NCBI GenBank assembly: GCA_964016885.1
Contig: OZ024741.1
Span: 5,456,001-5,520,000 of the forward strand
DNA length: 64,000 bases
Direction of reading: 5' to 3'
Origin: Eledone cirrhosa
Taxonomy: Eukaryota
The notes beneath the pieces are model-generated. The model did no database searches. It saw nothing but the letters and a program-made list of their open reading frames with translations, and was not told the DNA's origin. Each line of letters begins with the position of its first letter. Position 1 is the first letter of the stretch. The position numbers and the translations under genes were made by a program. Positions 14,601 to 28,000 of the stretch are shown one piece after another.

Positions 14601-17600
14601 GAGGTTATTACAGTGGTCCACTTGAGGAGGCTATTACAGTGGTCCACTTGATGTTATTACAGTTGTCCACTTGAGGAAGCTATTACAGTGGTCCACTTGA
14701 GGTTATTACAGTGGTCCACTTGAGGAGGCTATTACAGTGGTCCACTTGAGGTTATTACAGTGGTCCACTTGAGGAGGCTATTACAGTTGTCCACTTGATG
14801 TTATTACAGTGGTCCACTTGTGGAGGTTATTACAGTGGTCCACTTGAGGTTATTACAGTGGTCGACTTGAGCTTATTACAGTGGTCCACTTGAGGGGGCT
14901 ATTACAGTGGTCCACTTGAGAAGGTTATTACAGTGGTCCACTTGAGGTTATTACAGTGGTCCACTTGAGGAGTTTATTACAGTGGTCCACTTGAGGGGTT
15001 ATTACAGTTGTCCACTTGAGAAGGTTATTACAGTGGTCCACTTGAGGAGGTTATTACAGTGGTCCACTTGATGTTATTACAGTGGTCCACTTGAGGAGGC
15101 TATTACAGTGGTCCACTTGAGGAGGTTATTACAGTGGTCCACTTGAGGAGGCTATTACAGTGGTCTACTTGAGGTTATTACAGTGGTCCACTTGAGGGGG
15201 TTATTACAGTGGTCCACTTGAGGTTATTACAGTGGTCCACTTGAGGAGGTTATTACAGTGGTCCAATTGAGGAGGTTATTACAGTGGTCCACTTGAGGTT
15301 ATTACAGTGGACCAATTGTGGAGGTTATTACAGTGGTCCGCTTGAGGAGGTTATTACAGTGGTCCACTTGAGGTTATTACAGTGGTCCACTTGAGGAGGT
15401 TATTACAGTGCTCCACTTGAGGTTATTACAGTGGTCCACTTGAGGAGGTTATTACAGTGGTCCGTTTGAGGAGGTTATTACAGTGGTCCACTTGAGGTTA
15501 TTACAGTGGTCCACTTGAGGAGGTTATTACAGTGGTCCACTTGAGGAGGTTATTAGAGTGGTCCACTTGAGGAGGTTATTACAGAGGTCCAATTGAGGAG
15601 GTTATTACAGTGGTCCACTTGAGGAGGTTATTACAGTGGTCCAGTTGAGGTTATTACAGTGGTACACTAGAGGAGGTTATTACAGTGGTCCACTTGAGGT
15701 TATTACAGTGGTCCACTTGAGGAGGTTATTACAGTGGTCCACTTGAGGTTATTACAGTGGTCCACTTGAGGAGGCTATTACAGTGGTCCACTTGAGGTTA
15801 TTACAGTGGTCCACTTGAGGAGGTTATTACAGTGGTCCACTTGAGGTTATTACAGTGGTCCACTTGAGGAGGTTATTACAGTGGTCCAATTGAGGAGGTT
15901 ATTACAGTGGTCCACTTGAGGTTATTACAGTGGGCCACTAGAGGAGGTTATTACAGTGGTCCACTTGAGGTTATTACAGTGGTCCACTTGAGGAGGCTAT
16001 TACAGTGGTCCACTTGAGGAGGTTATTACAGTGGTCCACTTGAGGAGGTTATTACAGTAGTCCACTTGAGGTGGTTATTACAGTGGTCCACTTGAGGTGG
16101 TTATTACAGTGGTCCACTTGAGGAGGCTATTACAGTGGTCCACTTGAGGAGGTTATTACAGTGGTCCACTTGAGGTTATTACAGTGGTCCACTTGAGGTT
16201 ATTATAGTGGTTCACTTGAGGAGGCTATTACAGTGGTCCACTTGAGGTTATTACAGTGGTCCACTTGAGCAGGTTATTACAGTGGTCCACTTGAGAAGGC
16301 TATTACAGTGGTCCACTTGAGAAGGTTATTACAGTGGTCCACTTGAGGTTATTACAGTGGACCATTTGAGGAGGTTATTACAGTGCTCCACTTGAGGAGG
16401 TTATTACAGTGGTCCACTTGAGGAGGTTATTACAGTGGTCCACTTGAGGAGGTTATTACAGTGGTCCACTTGAGGAGGTTATTACAGTGGTCCACTTGAG
16501 GTGGCTATTACAGTGGTTCACTTGAGGTTATTACATTGGTCCAATTGAGGAGGTTATTACAGTGGTCCACTTGAGGTTATTACAATGGTCCAATTGAGGA
16601 GGTTATTACAGTGGTCCACTTGAGGAGGCTATTACAATGGTCCACTTGAGGTTATTACAGTGGTCCACTTGAGGAGGTTAATACAGTGGTCCACTTGAGT
16701 TTATTACAGTGGTCCACTTGAGGAGGCTATTACAGTGGTCCACTTGAATAGGTTATTACAGTGGTCCACTTGAGGTTATTACAGTGGTCCACTTGTGGAG
16801 GCTATTACAGTGGTCCACTTGAGGTTATTACAGTGGTCCACTTGAGGAGGTTATTACAGTGGTCCACTTGAGGTTATTACAGTGGTCCACTTGAGGAGGC
16901 TATTACAGTGGTCCATTTGAGGTTATTACAGTGGTCCACTTGAGGAGGTTATTACAGTGGTCCCCTTGAGGTTATTACAGTGGTCCACTTGAGGTTATTA
17001 CAGTTGTCCACTTGATGTTATTACAGTGGTCCACTTGAGGAGGCTATTACAGTGGTCCACTTGAGGTTATTACAGTGATCCACTTGAGGAGGTTATTACA
17101 GTGGTCCACTTGAGGTTATTACAGTGATCCACTTGAGGTTATTACAGTGGTCCACTTGAGGAGGCTATTACAGTGGTCCACTTGAGGTTATTACAGTTGT
17201 CCACTTGAGGAAGCTATTACAGTGGTCCACTTGAGGTTATTACAGTGGTCCACTTGAGGAGGCTATTACAGTGGTCCACTTGATGTTATTACAGTGGTCC
17301 ACTTGTGGAGGTTATTACAGTGGTCCACTTGAGGGGGCTATTACAGTGGTCCACTTGAGAAGGTTATTACAGTGGTCCACTTGAGGTTATTACAGTGGTC
17401 CACTTGAGGAGTTTATTACAGTGGTCCACTTGAGGGGTTATTACAGTGGTCCACTTGAGAAGGTTATTACAGTGGTCCACTTGAGGAGGTTATTACAGTG
17501 GTCCACTTGATGTTATTACAGTGGTCCACTTGAGGAGGCTATTACATTGGTCCACTTGAGGAGGTTATTACAGTGGTCCACTTGAGGAGGCTATTACAGT

Positions 17601-20600
17601 GGTCTACTTGAGGTTATTACAGTGGTCCACTTGAGGGGGTTATTACAGTGGTTCCACTTGAGGTTATTACAGTGGTCCACTTGAGGAGGTTATTACAGTG
17701 GTCCAATTGAGGAGGTTATTACAGTGGTCCACTTGAGGTTATTACAGTGGACCAATTGAGGAGGTTATTACAGTGGTCCGCTTGAGGAGGTTATTACAGT
17801 GGTCCACTTGAGGTTATTACAGTGGTCCACTTGAGGAGGTTATTACAGTGGTCCACTTGAGGTTATTACAGTGGTCCACTTGAGGAGGTTATTACAGTGG
17901 TCCGTTTGAGGAGGTTATTACAGTGGTCCACTTGAGGTTATTACAGTGGTCCACTTGAGGAGGTTATTAAAGTGGTCCAATTGAGGAGGTTATTACAGTG
18001 GTCCACTTGAGGAGGTTATTACAGTGGTCCACTTGAGGAGGTTATTACAGTGGTCCAATTGAGGAGGTTATTACAGTGGTCCACTTGAGGAGGTTATTAC
18101 AATGGTCCAGTTGAGGTTATTACAGTGGTACAATAGAGGAGGTTTTTACAGTGGTCCACTTGAGGTTATTACAGTGGTCCACTTGAGGAGGTTATTACAG
18201 TGGTCCACTTGAGGTTATTACAGTGGTCCACTTGAGGAGGCTATTACAGTGGTCCACTTGAGGTTATTACAGTGGTCCACTTGAGGAGGTTATTACAGTG
18301 GTCCACTTGAGGTTATTACAGTGGTCCACTTGAGGAGGTTATTACAGTGGTCCAATTGAGGAGGTTATTACAGTGGTCCACTTGAGGTTATTACAGTAGG
18401 CCACTAGAGGAGGTTATTACAGTGGTCCACTTGAGGTTATTACAGTGGTCCACTTGAGGAGGCTATTACAGTGGTCCACTTGAGGAGGTTATTACAGTGG
18501 TCCACTTGAGGAGGTTATTACAGTAGTCCACTTGAGGTGGTTATTACAGTGGTCCACTTGAGGTGGTTATTACAGTGGTCCACTTGAGGAGGCTATTACA
18601 GTGGTCCACTTGAGGAGGTTATTACAGTGGTCCACTTGAGGTTATTACAGTGGTCCACTTGAGGTTATTATAGTGGTCCACTTGAGGAGGCTATTACAGT
18701 GGTCCACTTGAGGTTATTACAGTGGTCCACTTGAGGAGGCTATTAAAGTGGTCCACTTGAGGTTATTACAGTGATCCACTTGAGGAGGCTATTACAGTGG
18801 TCCACTTGAGGTTATTTCAGTGATCCACTTGAGGAGGTTATTACAGTGGTCCACTTGAGGTTATTACAGTGGTCCACTTGAGGTTATTACAGTGGTCCAC
18901 TTGAGGGGGCTATTACAGTGGTCCACTTGAGAAGGTTATTACAGTGGTCAAGTTGAGGTTATTACAGTGGTCCCCTTGAGGAGGCTATTACAGTGGTCCA
19001 CTTGAGAATGCTATTACAGTGGTCCACTTGAGGTTATTACAGTGGTCCACTTGAGAATGCTATTACATTGTCCACTTGAGAAGGTTATTACAGTGGTCCA
19101 CTTGAGGTTATTACAGTGGACCATTTGAGGAGGTTATTACAGTGCTCCACTTGAGGAGGTTATTACAGTGATCCACTTGAGGAGGCTATTACAGTGGTCC
19201 ACTTGAGGAGGTTATTACAGTGGTCCACTTGAGGAGGTTATTACAGTGGTCCACTTGAGGTGGCTATTACAGTGGTTCACTTGAGGTTATTACAGTGGTC
19301 CAATTGAGGAGGTTATTACAGTGGTCCACTTGAGGTTATTACAGTGGTCCAATTGAGGAGGTTATTACAGTGGTCCACTTGAGGAGGCTATTACAGTGGT
19401 CCACTTGAGGTTATTACAGTGGTCCACTTGAGGAGGTTAATACAGTGGTCCACTTGAGGTTATTACAGTGGTCCACTTGAGGAGGCTATAACAGTGGTCC
19501 ACTTGAGGAGGTTATTACAGTGGTCCACTTGAGGTTATTACAGTGGTCCACTTGTGGAGGCAATTACAGTGGTCCACTTGAGGTTATTACAGTGGTCCAC
19601 TTGAGGAGGTTATTACAGTGGTCCACTTGAGGTTATTACAGTGGTCCAATTGAGGAGGCTATTACAGTGGTCCACTTGAGGTTATTACAGTGGTCCACTT
19701 GAGGAGGTTATTACAGTGGTCCACTTGAGGTTATTATAGTAGTCCACTTGAGGAGGCTATTACAGTGGTCCACTTGAGAAGGTTATTACAGTGGTCCACT
19801 TGAGGTTATTACAGTGGACCATTTGAGGAGGTTATTACAGTGGTCCAATTGAGGAGGTTATTACAGTGGTCCACTTGAGGTTATTACAGTGGTCCACTTG
19901 AGGAGGTTATTACAGTGGTCCACTTGAGGTTATTACAGTGTTCCACTTGAGGTGGTTACTACAGTGGTCCATTTGAGGAGGTTATTACAGTGGTCCACTT
20001 GAGGTTATTACAGTGGTCCACTTGAGGAGGCTATTACAGTGGTCCACTTAAGGTTATTAAAGTGGTCCACTTGAGGAGGTTATTACAGTGGCCCACTTGA
20101 GGAGGTTATTACAGTGGTCCACTTGAGGCTATTACAGTGGTCCAATTGAGGAGGCCATTACAGTGGTCCACTTGAGGTTATTACAGTGGTCCACTTGAGG
20201 AGGTTATTACAGTGGTCCACTTGAGGTTATTACAGTGGTCCACTTGAGGAGGTTATTACAGTGGTCCAATTGAGAAGGGTATTACAGTGGTCCACTTGAG
20301 GAGGCTATTACAGTGGTCCACTTGAGAAGGTTATTACAGTGGCCCACTTGAGGTTATTACAGTGGTCCACTTGAGGATGTTTTTAGAGTTGTCCACTTGA
20401 GGAGGTTATTACAGTGGTCCAATTGAGAAGGTTATTACAGTGGTCCACTTTAGGTCATTCCAGTGGTCCACTTGAGGTGGTTATTACAGCGGTCCACTTG
20501 AGATTATTAAAGTAGTCCAATTGAGGTTATTACAGTGGTCCACTTGAGGTTATTACAGTGGTCCACTTGAGGTTATTACAGTGGTCCACTTGTAGAGGTT

Positions 20601-22035
20601 ATTACAGTGGTGCACTTCAGGTTATTACAGTGGTCCACATGAGGATTTTATTACAGTGGTCCACTTGAGGTGGCTATTACAGTGGTCCACTTGAGGAGGT
20701 TATTACAGTGGTCCACTTGAGGTTATTACAGTGGTCCACTTGAGGTTATTACAGTGGTCCACTTGAGAAGGTTATTACAGTGGTCCACTTGAGGAGGTTA
20801 TTACAGTGGTCCACTTGGGGAGGTTATTACAGTGGTCCACTTGAGGAGGCTATTACAGGGGTCCACTTGAGGTTATTACAGTGGTCCACTTGAGGAGGTT
20901 ATTACAGTGGTCCACTTGAGGAGGTTATTACAGTGGTCCACTTGAGGAGGTTATTACAGTGGTCCACTTGAGGAGGCTATTACAGTGGTCCACTTGAGGT
21001 TATTACAGTGGTCCACTTGAGGAGGTTATTACAGTGGTCCACTTGAGGAGGTTATTACAGTGGTCCACTTGAGGTTAATACAGTGGTCCACTTGAGGAGG
21101 TTATTACAGTGGTCCACTTGAGGATATTACAGTGGTCCATTTGAGGAGGTTATTACAGTGGTCCACTTGAGGAGGTTATTACAGTGGTCCACTTGATGTT
21201 ATTACAGTGGTCCACTTGTAGAGGTTATTACAGTGGTGCACTTCAGGTTATTACAGTGGTCCACATGAGGATTTTATTACAGTGGTCCACTTGAGGTAGC
21301 TATTACAGTGGTCCACTTGAGGTGGTTATTACAGTGGTCCACTTTAGGTTATTACAGTGGTCCACCTGAGGTTATTACAGTGGTCCACTTGAGGAGGTTA
21401 TTACAGTGGTCCACTTCAGGTTATTACAGTGGTGCACTTGAGGAGCCTATTACAGTGGTCCACTTGAGGTTATTAAAGTGGTCCACTTGAGGAGGTTATT
21501 ACAGTGGTCCACTTGAGGTTATTACAGTGGTCCACGTGAGGAGGCTATTACAGTGGTCCACTTGAGGTGGCTATTACAGTGGAACACTTGAGGAGGCTAT
21601 TACAGTGGTCCACTTGAGGTTATTACAGTGGTCCACTTGAGGAGGCTATTAAAGAGGTCCACTTGAGGTTATTACAGTGGTCTTCTTGATGTTATTACAG
21701 TGGTCCACTTGAAGTTATTACAGTGGTCCACTTGAGGAGGCTATTACAGAGGTCCACTTGAGATTATTACGGTGGTCCACTTGAGGAGGTTATTACAGTG
21801 GTCCATTTAAGGAGGTTATTACAGTGGTCCACTTGAGGAGACTATTACAGTGGTCCACTTGAGGAGGTTATTACAGTGGTCCACTTGAGGAGGTTATTAC
21901 AGTGGTCCACTTGAGGTTATTACAGTGGTCCAATTGAGAAGGTTATTACAGTGGTCCACTTGAGGAGGCTATTACAGTGGTCCACTTGAGGAGGTTATTA
22001 CAGTGGTCCATTTGAGCTCATTACAGTGGTCCACT
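8640..22035 (+). repeat. Higher-order duplication, 13.4-kb unit, copy 1 (13,396 bp)
   Basis: Markers recur at +13,396 (GTGTTCC 8705/22101; ORF block 10196/23592; TTGCT 12638/26034). After a 23-bp monomer missing at ~13980 they recur at +13,419 (GTGGTTCCAC 17648/31067; TATTACATTGTCC 19061/32480; ORF block 21308/34727). Confidence 0.93.
9067..15125 (+). repeat. Nested ~3.03-kb tandem duplication (9067-12093 / 12094-~15125)
   Basis: GGCCC...TTAAAG...GATGTTTTTAGAGTTG series at 9079 and 12106 (+3,027). The end marker (G)ATGTT is at 12041 and 15071 (+3,030, consistent with -23 and +26 monomer indels). Confidence 0.88.
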
Positions 22036-25000
22036 TGAGGAGGTTATTACAGTGGTCCACTTGAGGAGGTTATTACAGTGGTCCACTTGAGGTTATTACA
22101 GTGTTCCACTTGAGGTGGTTACTACAGTGGTCCACTTGAGGAGGTTATTACAGTGGTCCACTTGAGGTTATTACAGTGGTCCACTTGAGGAGGCTATTAC
22201 AGTGGTCCACTTAAGGTTATTACAGTGGTCCACTTGAGGAGGTTATTACAGTGGCCCAGTTGAGGAGGTTATTACAGTGGTCCACTTGAGGCTATTACAG
22301 TGGTCCACTTGAGGAGGCCATTACAGTGGTCCACTTGAGGTTATTACAGTCGTCCACTTGAGGAGGCTATTACAGCGGTCCACTTGAGGTTATTACAGTG
22401 GTCAACTTGAGGAGGTTATTACAGTGGTCCACTTGAGGTTATTACAGTGGTCCACTTGAGAAGGTTATTACAGTGGCCCACTTGAGGTTATTAAAGTGGT
22501 CCACTTGAGGATGTTTTTAGAGTTGTCCACTTGAGGAGGTTATTACAGTGGTCCAATTGAGAAGGGTATTACAGTGGTTCACTTGAGGAGGCTATTACAG
22601 TGGTCCACTTGAGAAGGTCATTACAGTGGCCCACTTGAGGTTATTACAGTGGTACACTTGAGGATGTTTTTAGAGTTGTCCACTTGAGGAGGTTATTACA
22701 GTGGTCCAATTGAGAAGGTTATTACAGTGGTCCACTTGAGGTCATTACAGTGGTCCACTTGAGGTGGTTATTACAGCGGTCCACTTGAGGTTATTAAAGT
22801 AGTCCAATTGAGGTTATTACAGTGGTCCACTTGAGGTTATTCCAGTGGTCCACTTGAGGAGGTTATTACAGTGGTCCACTTGAGGTTATTACAGTGGTCC
22901 ACTTGAGGTTATTACAGTGGTCCACTTGTAGGGGTTATTACAGTGGTGCACTTCAGGTTATTACAGTGGTCCACATGAGGATTTTATTACAGTGGTCCAC
23001 TTGAGGTGGCTATTACAGTGGTCCACTTGAGGAGGTTATTACAGTGGTCCACTTGAGGTTATTACAGTGGTCCACTTGAGGTTATTACAGTGGTCCACTT
23101 GAGAAGGTTATTACAGTGGTCCACTTGAGGAGGTTATTACAATGGTCCACTTGGGGAGGTTATTACAGTGGTCCTCTTGAGGAGGCTATTACAGTGGTCC
23201 ACTTGAGGTTATTACAGTCGTCCACTTGAGGAGGTTATTACAGTGGTCCACTTGAGGAGGCTATTACAGTGGTCCACTTGAGGTTATTACAGTGGTCCAC
23301 TTGAGGAGGTTATTACAGTGGTCCACTTGAGGAGGTTATTACAGTGGTCCACTTGAGGTTAATACAGAGGTCCACTTGAGGAGGTTATTACAGTGGTCCA
23401 CTTGAGGTTATTACAGTGGTCCATTTGAGGAGGTTATTACAGTGGTCCACTTGAGGAGGTTATTACAGTGGTCCACTTGAGGTTATTACAGTGGTCCACT
23501 TGTAGAGGTTATTACAGTGGTGCACTTCAGGTTATTACAGTGGTCCACATGAGGATTTTATTACAGTGGTCCACTTGAGGTAGCTATTACAGTGGTCCAC
23601 TTGAGGAGGTTATTACAGTGGTCCACTTTAGGTTATTACAGTGGTCCACCTGAGTTTATTACAGTGGTCCACTTGAGGAGGTTATTACAGTGGTCCACTT
23701 CAGGTTATTACAGTGGTGCACTTGAGGAGCCTATTACAGTGGTCCACTTGAGGTTATTAAAGTGGTCCACTTGAGGAGGTTATTACAGTGGTACATTTTA
23801 GGTGGCTATTACAGTGGTCCACTTGAGGAGGTTATTACAGTGGTCCACTTGAGGAGGTTATTACAGTGGTCCACTTGAGGAGGTTATTACAGTGGTCCAC
23901 TTGAGGTTATTACAGTGGTCCACGTGAGGAGGCTATTACAGTGGTCCACTTGAGGTGGCTATTACAGTGGTCCACTTGACGAGGTTATTACGGTGGTCCA
24001 CTTGAGGAGGCTATTACAGTGGTCCACTTGAGGAGGCTATTACAGAGGTCCACTTGAGGTGGCTATTACAGTGGTCCACTTGAGGTTATTACAGTGGTCC
24101 ACTTGAGGAGGTTATTACAGTGGTCCACTTGAGGTTATTACAGTGGTCCACGTGAGGAGGCTATTACAGTGGTCCACTTGAGGAGGCTATTACAGTGGTC
24201 CACTTGAGGAGGCTATTACAGTGGTCCACTTGAGGTTATTACAGTGGTCCACTTGAGTAGGCTATTACAGAGGTCCACTTGAGGTTATTACAGTGGTCCA
24301 CTTGAGGTTATTACAGTGGTTTTCTTGATGTTATTACAGTGGTCCACTTGAAGTTATTACAGTGGTCCACTTGAGGAGGCTATTACAGAGGTCCACTTGA
24401 GATTATTACAGTGGTCCACTTGAGGAGGTTATTACAGTGGTCCACTTAATGAGGTTATTACAGTGGTCCACTTGAGGAGACTATTACAGTGGTTCACTTG
24501 AGGAGGTTATTACAGTGGTCCACTTGAGGAGGTTATTACAGTGGTCCACTTGAGGTTATTACAGTGGTCCAATTGAGGAGGTTATTACAGTGGTCCACTT
24601 GAGGAGGCTATTACAGTGGTCCACTTGAGGAGGTTATTACAGTGGTCCACTTGAGCTCATTACAGTGGTCCACTTGAGGAGGTTATTACAGTGGTCCACT
24701 TGTGGTTATTACAGTGGTCCACTTGAGGAGGCTATTACAGTGGTCCATTTGAGGTTATTACAGTGGTCCACTTGAGGAGGTTATTACAGTGGTCCACTTG
24801 AGGTTATTACAGTTGTCCACTTGAGGTTATTACAGTTGTCCACTTGAGGTTATTACAGTGGTCCACTTGAGGAGGCTATTACAGTGGTCCACTTGAGGTT
24901 ATTACAGTGATCCACTTGAGGAGGTTATTACAGTGGTCCACTTGAGGTTTTTACAGTGGTCCACTTGAGGTTATTACAGTGGTCCACTTGAGGAGGCTAT

Positions 25001-28000
25001 TACAGTGGTCCACTTGAGGTTATTACAGTTGTCCACTTGAGGAAGCTATTACAGTGGTCCACTTGAGGTTATTACAGTGGTCCACTTGAGGAGGCTATTA
25101 CAGTGGTCCACTTGAGGTTATTACAGTGGTCCACTTGAGGAGGCTATTACAGTTGTCCACTTGATGTTATTACAGTGGTCCACTTGTGGAGGTTATTACA
25201 GTGGTCCACTTGAGGTTATTACAGTGGTCGACTTGAGCTTATTACAGTGGTCCACTTGAGGGGGCTATTACAGTGGTCCACTTGAGAAGGTTATTACAGT
25301 GGTCCACTTGAGGTTATTACAGTGGTCCACTTGAGGAGTTTATTACAGTGGTCCACTTGAGGGGTTATTACAGTTGTCCACTTGAGAAGGTTATTACAGT
25401 GGTCCACTTGAGGAGGTTATTACAGTGGTCCACTTGATGTTATTACAGTGGTCCACTTGAGGAGGCTATTACAGTGGTCCACTTGAGGAGGTTATTACAG
25501 TGGCCCACTTGAGGTTATTAAAGTGGTCCACTTGAGGATGTTTTTAGAGTTGTCCACTTGAGGAGGTTATTACAGTGGTCCAATTGAGAAGGGTATTACA
25601 GTGGTTCACTTGAGGAGGCTATTACAGTGGTCCACTTGAGAAGGTCATTACAGTGGCCCACTTGAGGTTATTACAGTGGTACACTTGAGGATGTTTTTAG
25701 AGTTGTCCACTTGAGGAGGTTATTACAGTGGTCCAATTGAGAAGGTTATTACAGTGGTCCACTTGAGGTCATTACAGTGGTCCACTTGAGGTGGTTATTA
25801 CAGCGGTCCACTTGAGGTTATTAAAGTAGTCCAATTGAGGTTATTACAGTGGTCCACTTGAGGTTATTCCAGTGGTCCACTTGAGGAGGTTATTACAGTG
25901 GTCCACTTGAGGTTATTACAGTGGTCCACTTGAGGTTATTACAGTGGTCCACTTGTAGGGGTTATTACAGTGGTGCACTTCAGGTTATTACAGTGGTCCA
26001 CATGAGGATTTTATTACAGTGGTCCACTTGAGGTTGCTATTACAGTGGTCCACTTGAGGAGGTTATTACAGTGGTCCACTTGAGGTTATTACAGTGGTCC
26101 ACTTGAGGTTATTACAGTGGTCCACTTGAGAAGGTTATTACAGTGGTCCACTTGAGGAGGTTATTACAATGGTCCACTTGGGGAGGTTATTACAGTGGTC
26201 CTCTTGAGGAGGCTATTACAGTGGTCCACTTGAGGTTATTACAGTCGTCCACTTGAGGAGGTTATTACAGTGGTCCACTTGAGGAGGCTATTACAGTGGT
26301 CCACTTGAGGTTATTACAGTGGTCCACTTGAGGAGGTTATTACAGTGGTCCACTTGAGGAGGTTATTACAGTGGTCCACTTGAGGTTAATACAGAGGTCC
26401 ACTTGAGGAGGTTATTACAGTGGTCCACTTGAGGTTATTACAGTGGTCCATTTGAGGAGGTTATTACAGTGGTCCACTTGAGGAGGTTATTACAGTGGTC
26501 CACTTGAGGTTATTACAGTGGTCCACTTGTAGAGGTTATTACAGTGGTGCACTTCAGGTTATTACAGTGGTCCACATGAGGATTTTATTACAGTGGTCCA
26601 CTTGAGGTAGCTATTACAGTGGTCCACTTGAGGAGGTTATTACAGTGGTCCACTTGAGGTTATTACAGTGGTCCACCTGAGTTTATTACAGTGGTCCACT
26701 TGAGGAGGTTATTACAGTGGTCCACTTCAGGTTATTACAGTGGTGCACTTGAGGAGCCTATTACAGTGGTCCACTTGAGGTTATTAAAGTGGTCCACTTG
26801 AGGAGGTTATTACAGTGGTACATTTTAGGTGGCTATTACAGTGGTCCACTTGAGGAGGTTATTACAGTGGTCCACTTGAGGAGGTTATTACAGTGGTCCA
26901 CTTGAGGAGGTTATTACAGTGGTCCACTTGAGGTTATTACAGTGGTCCACGTGAGGAGGCTATTACAGTGGTCCACTTGAGGTGGCTATTACAGTGGTCC
27001 ACTTGACGAGGTTATTACGGTGGTCCACTTGAGGAGGCTATTACAGTGGTCCACTTGAGGAGGCTATTACAGAGGTCCACTTGAGGTGGCTATTACAGTG
27101 GTCCACTTGAGGTTATTACAGTGGTCCACTTGAGGAGGTTATTACAGTGGTCCACTTGAGGTTATTACAGTGGTCCACGTGAGGAGGCTATTACAGTGGT
27201 CCACTTGAGGAGGCTATTACAGTGGTCCACTTGAGGAGGCTATTACAGTGGTCCACTTGAGGTTATTACAGTGGTCCACTTGAGTAGGCTATTACAGAGG
27301 TCCACTTGAGGTTATTACAGTGGTCCACTTGAGGTTATTACAGTGGTTTTCTTGATGTTATTACAGTGGTCCACTTGAAGTTATTACAGTGGTCCACTTG
27401 AGGAGGCTATTACAGAGGTCCACTTGAGATTATTACAGTGGTCCACTTGAGGAGGTTATTACAGTGGTCCACTTAATGAGGTTATTACAGTGGTCCACTT
27501 GAGGAGACTATTACAGTGGTTCACTTGAGGAGGTTATTACAGTGGTCCACTTGAGGAGGTTATTACAGTGGTCCACTTGAGGTTATTACAGTGGTCCAAT
27601 TGAGGAGGTTATTACAGTGGTCCACTTGAGGAGGCTATTACAGTGGTCCACTTGAGGAGGTTATTACAGTGGTCCACTTGAGCTCATTACAGTGGTCCAC
27701 TTGAGGAGGTTATTACAGTGGTCCACTTGAGGAGGTTATTACAGTGGTCCACTTGTGGTTATTACAGTGGTCCACTTGAGGAGGCTATTACAGTGGTCCA
27801 TTTGAGGTTATTACAGTGGTCCACTTGAGGAGGTTATTACAGTGGTCCACTTGAGGTTATTACAGTTGTCCACTTGAGGTTATTACAGTTGTCCACTTGA
27901 GGTTATTACAGTGGTCCACTTGAGGAGGCTATTACAGTGGTCCACTTGAGGTTATTACAGTGATCCACTTGAGGAGGTTATTACAGTGGTCCACTTGAGG

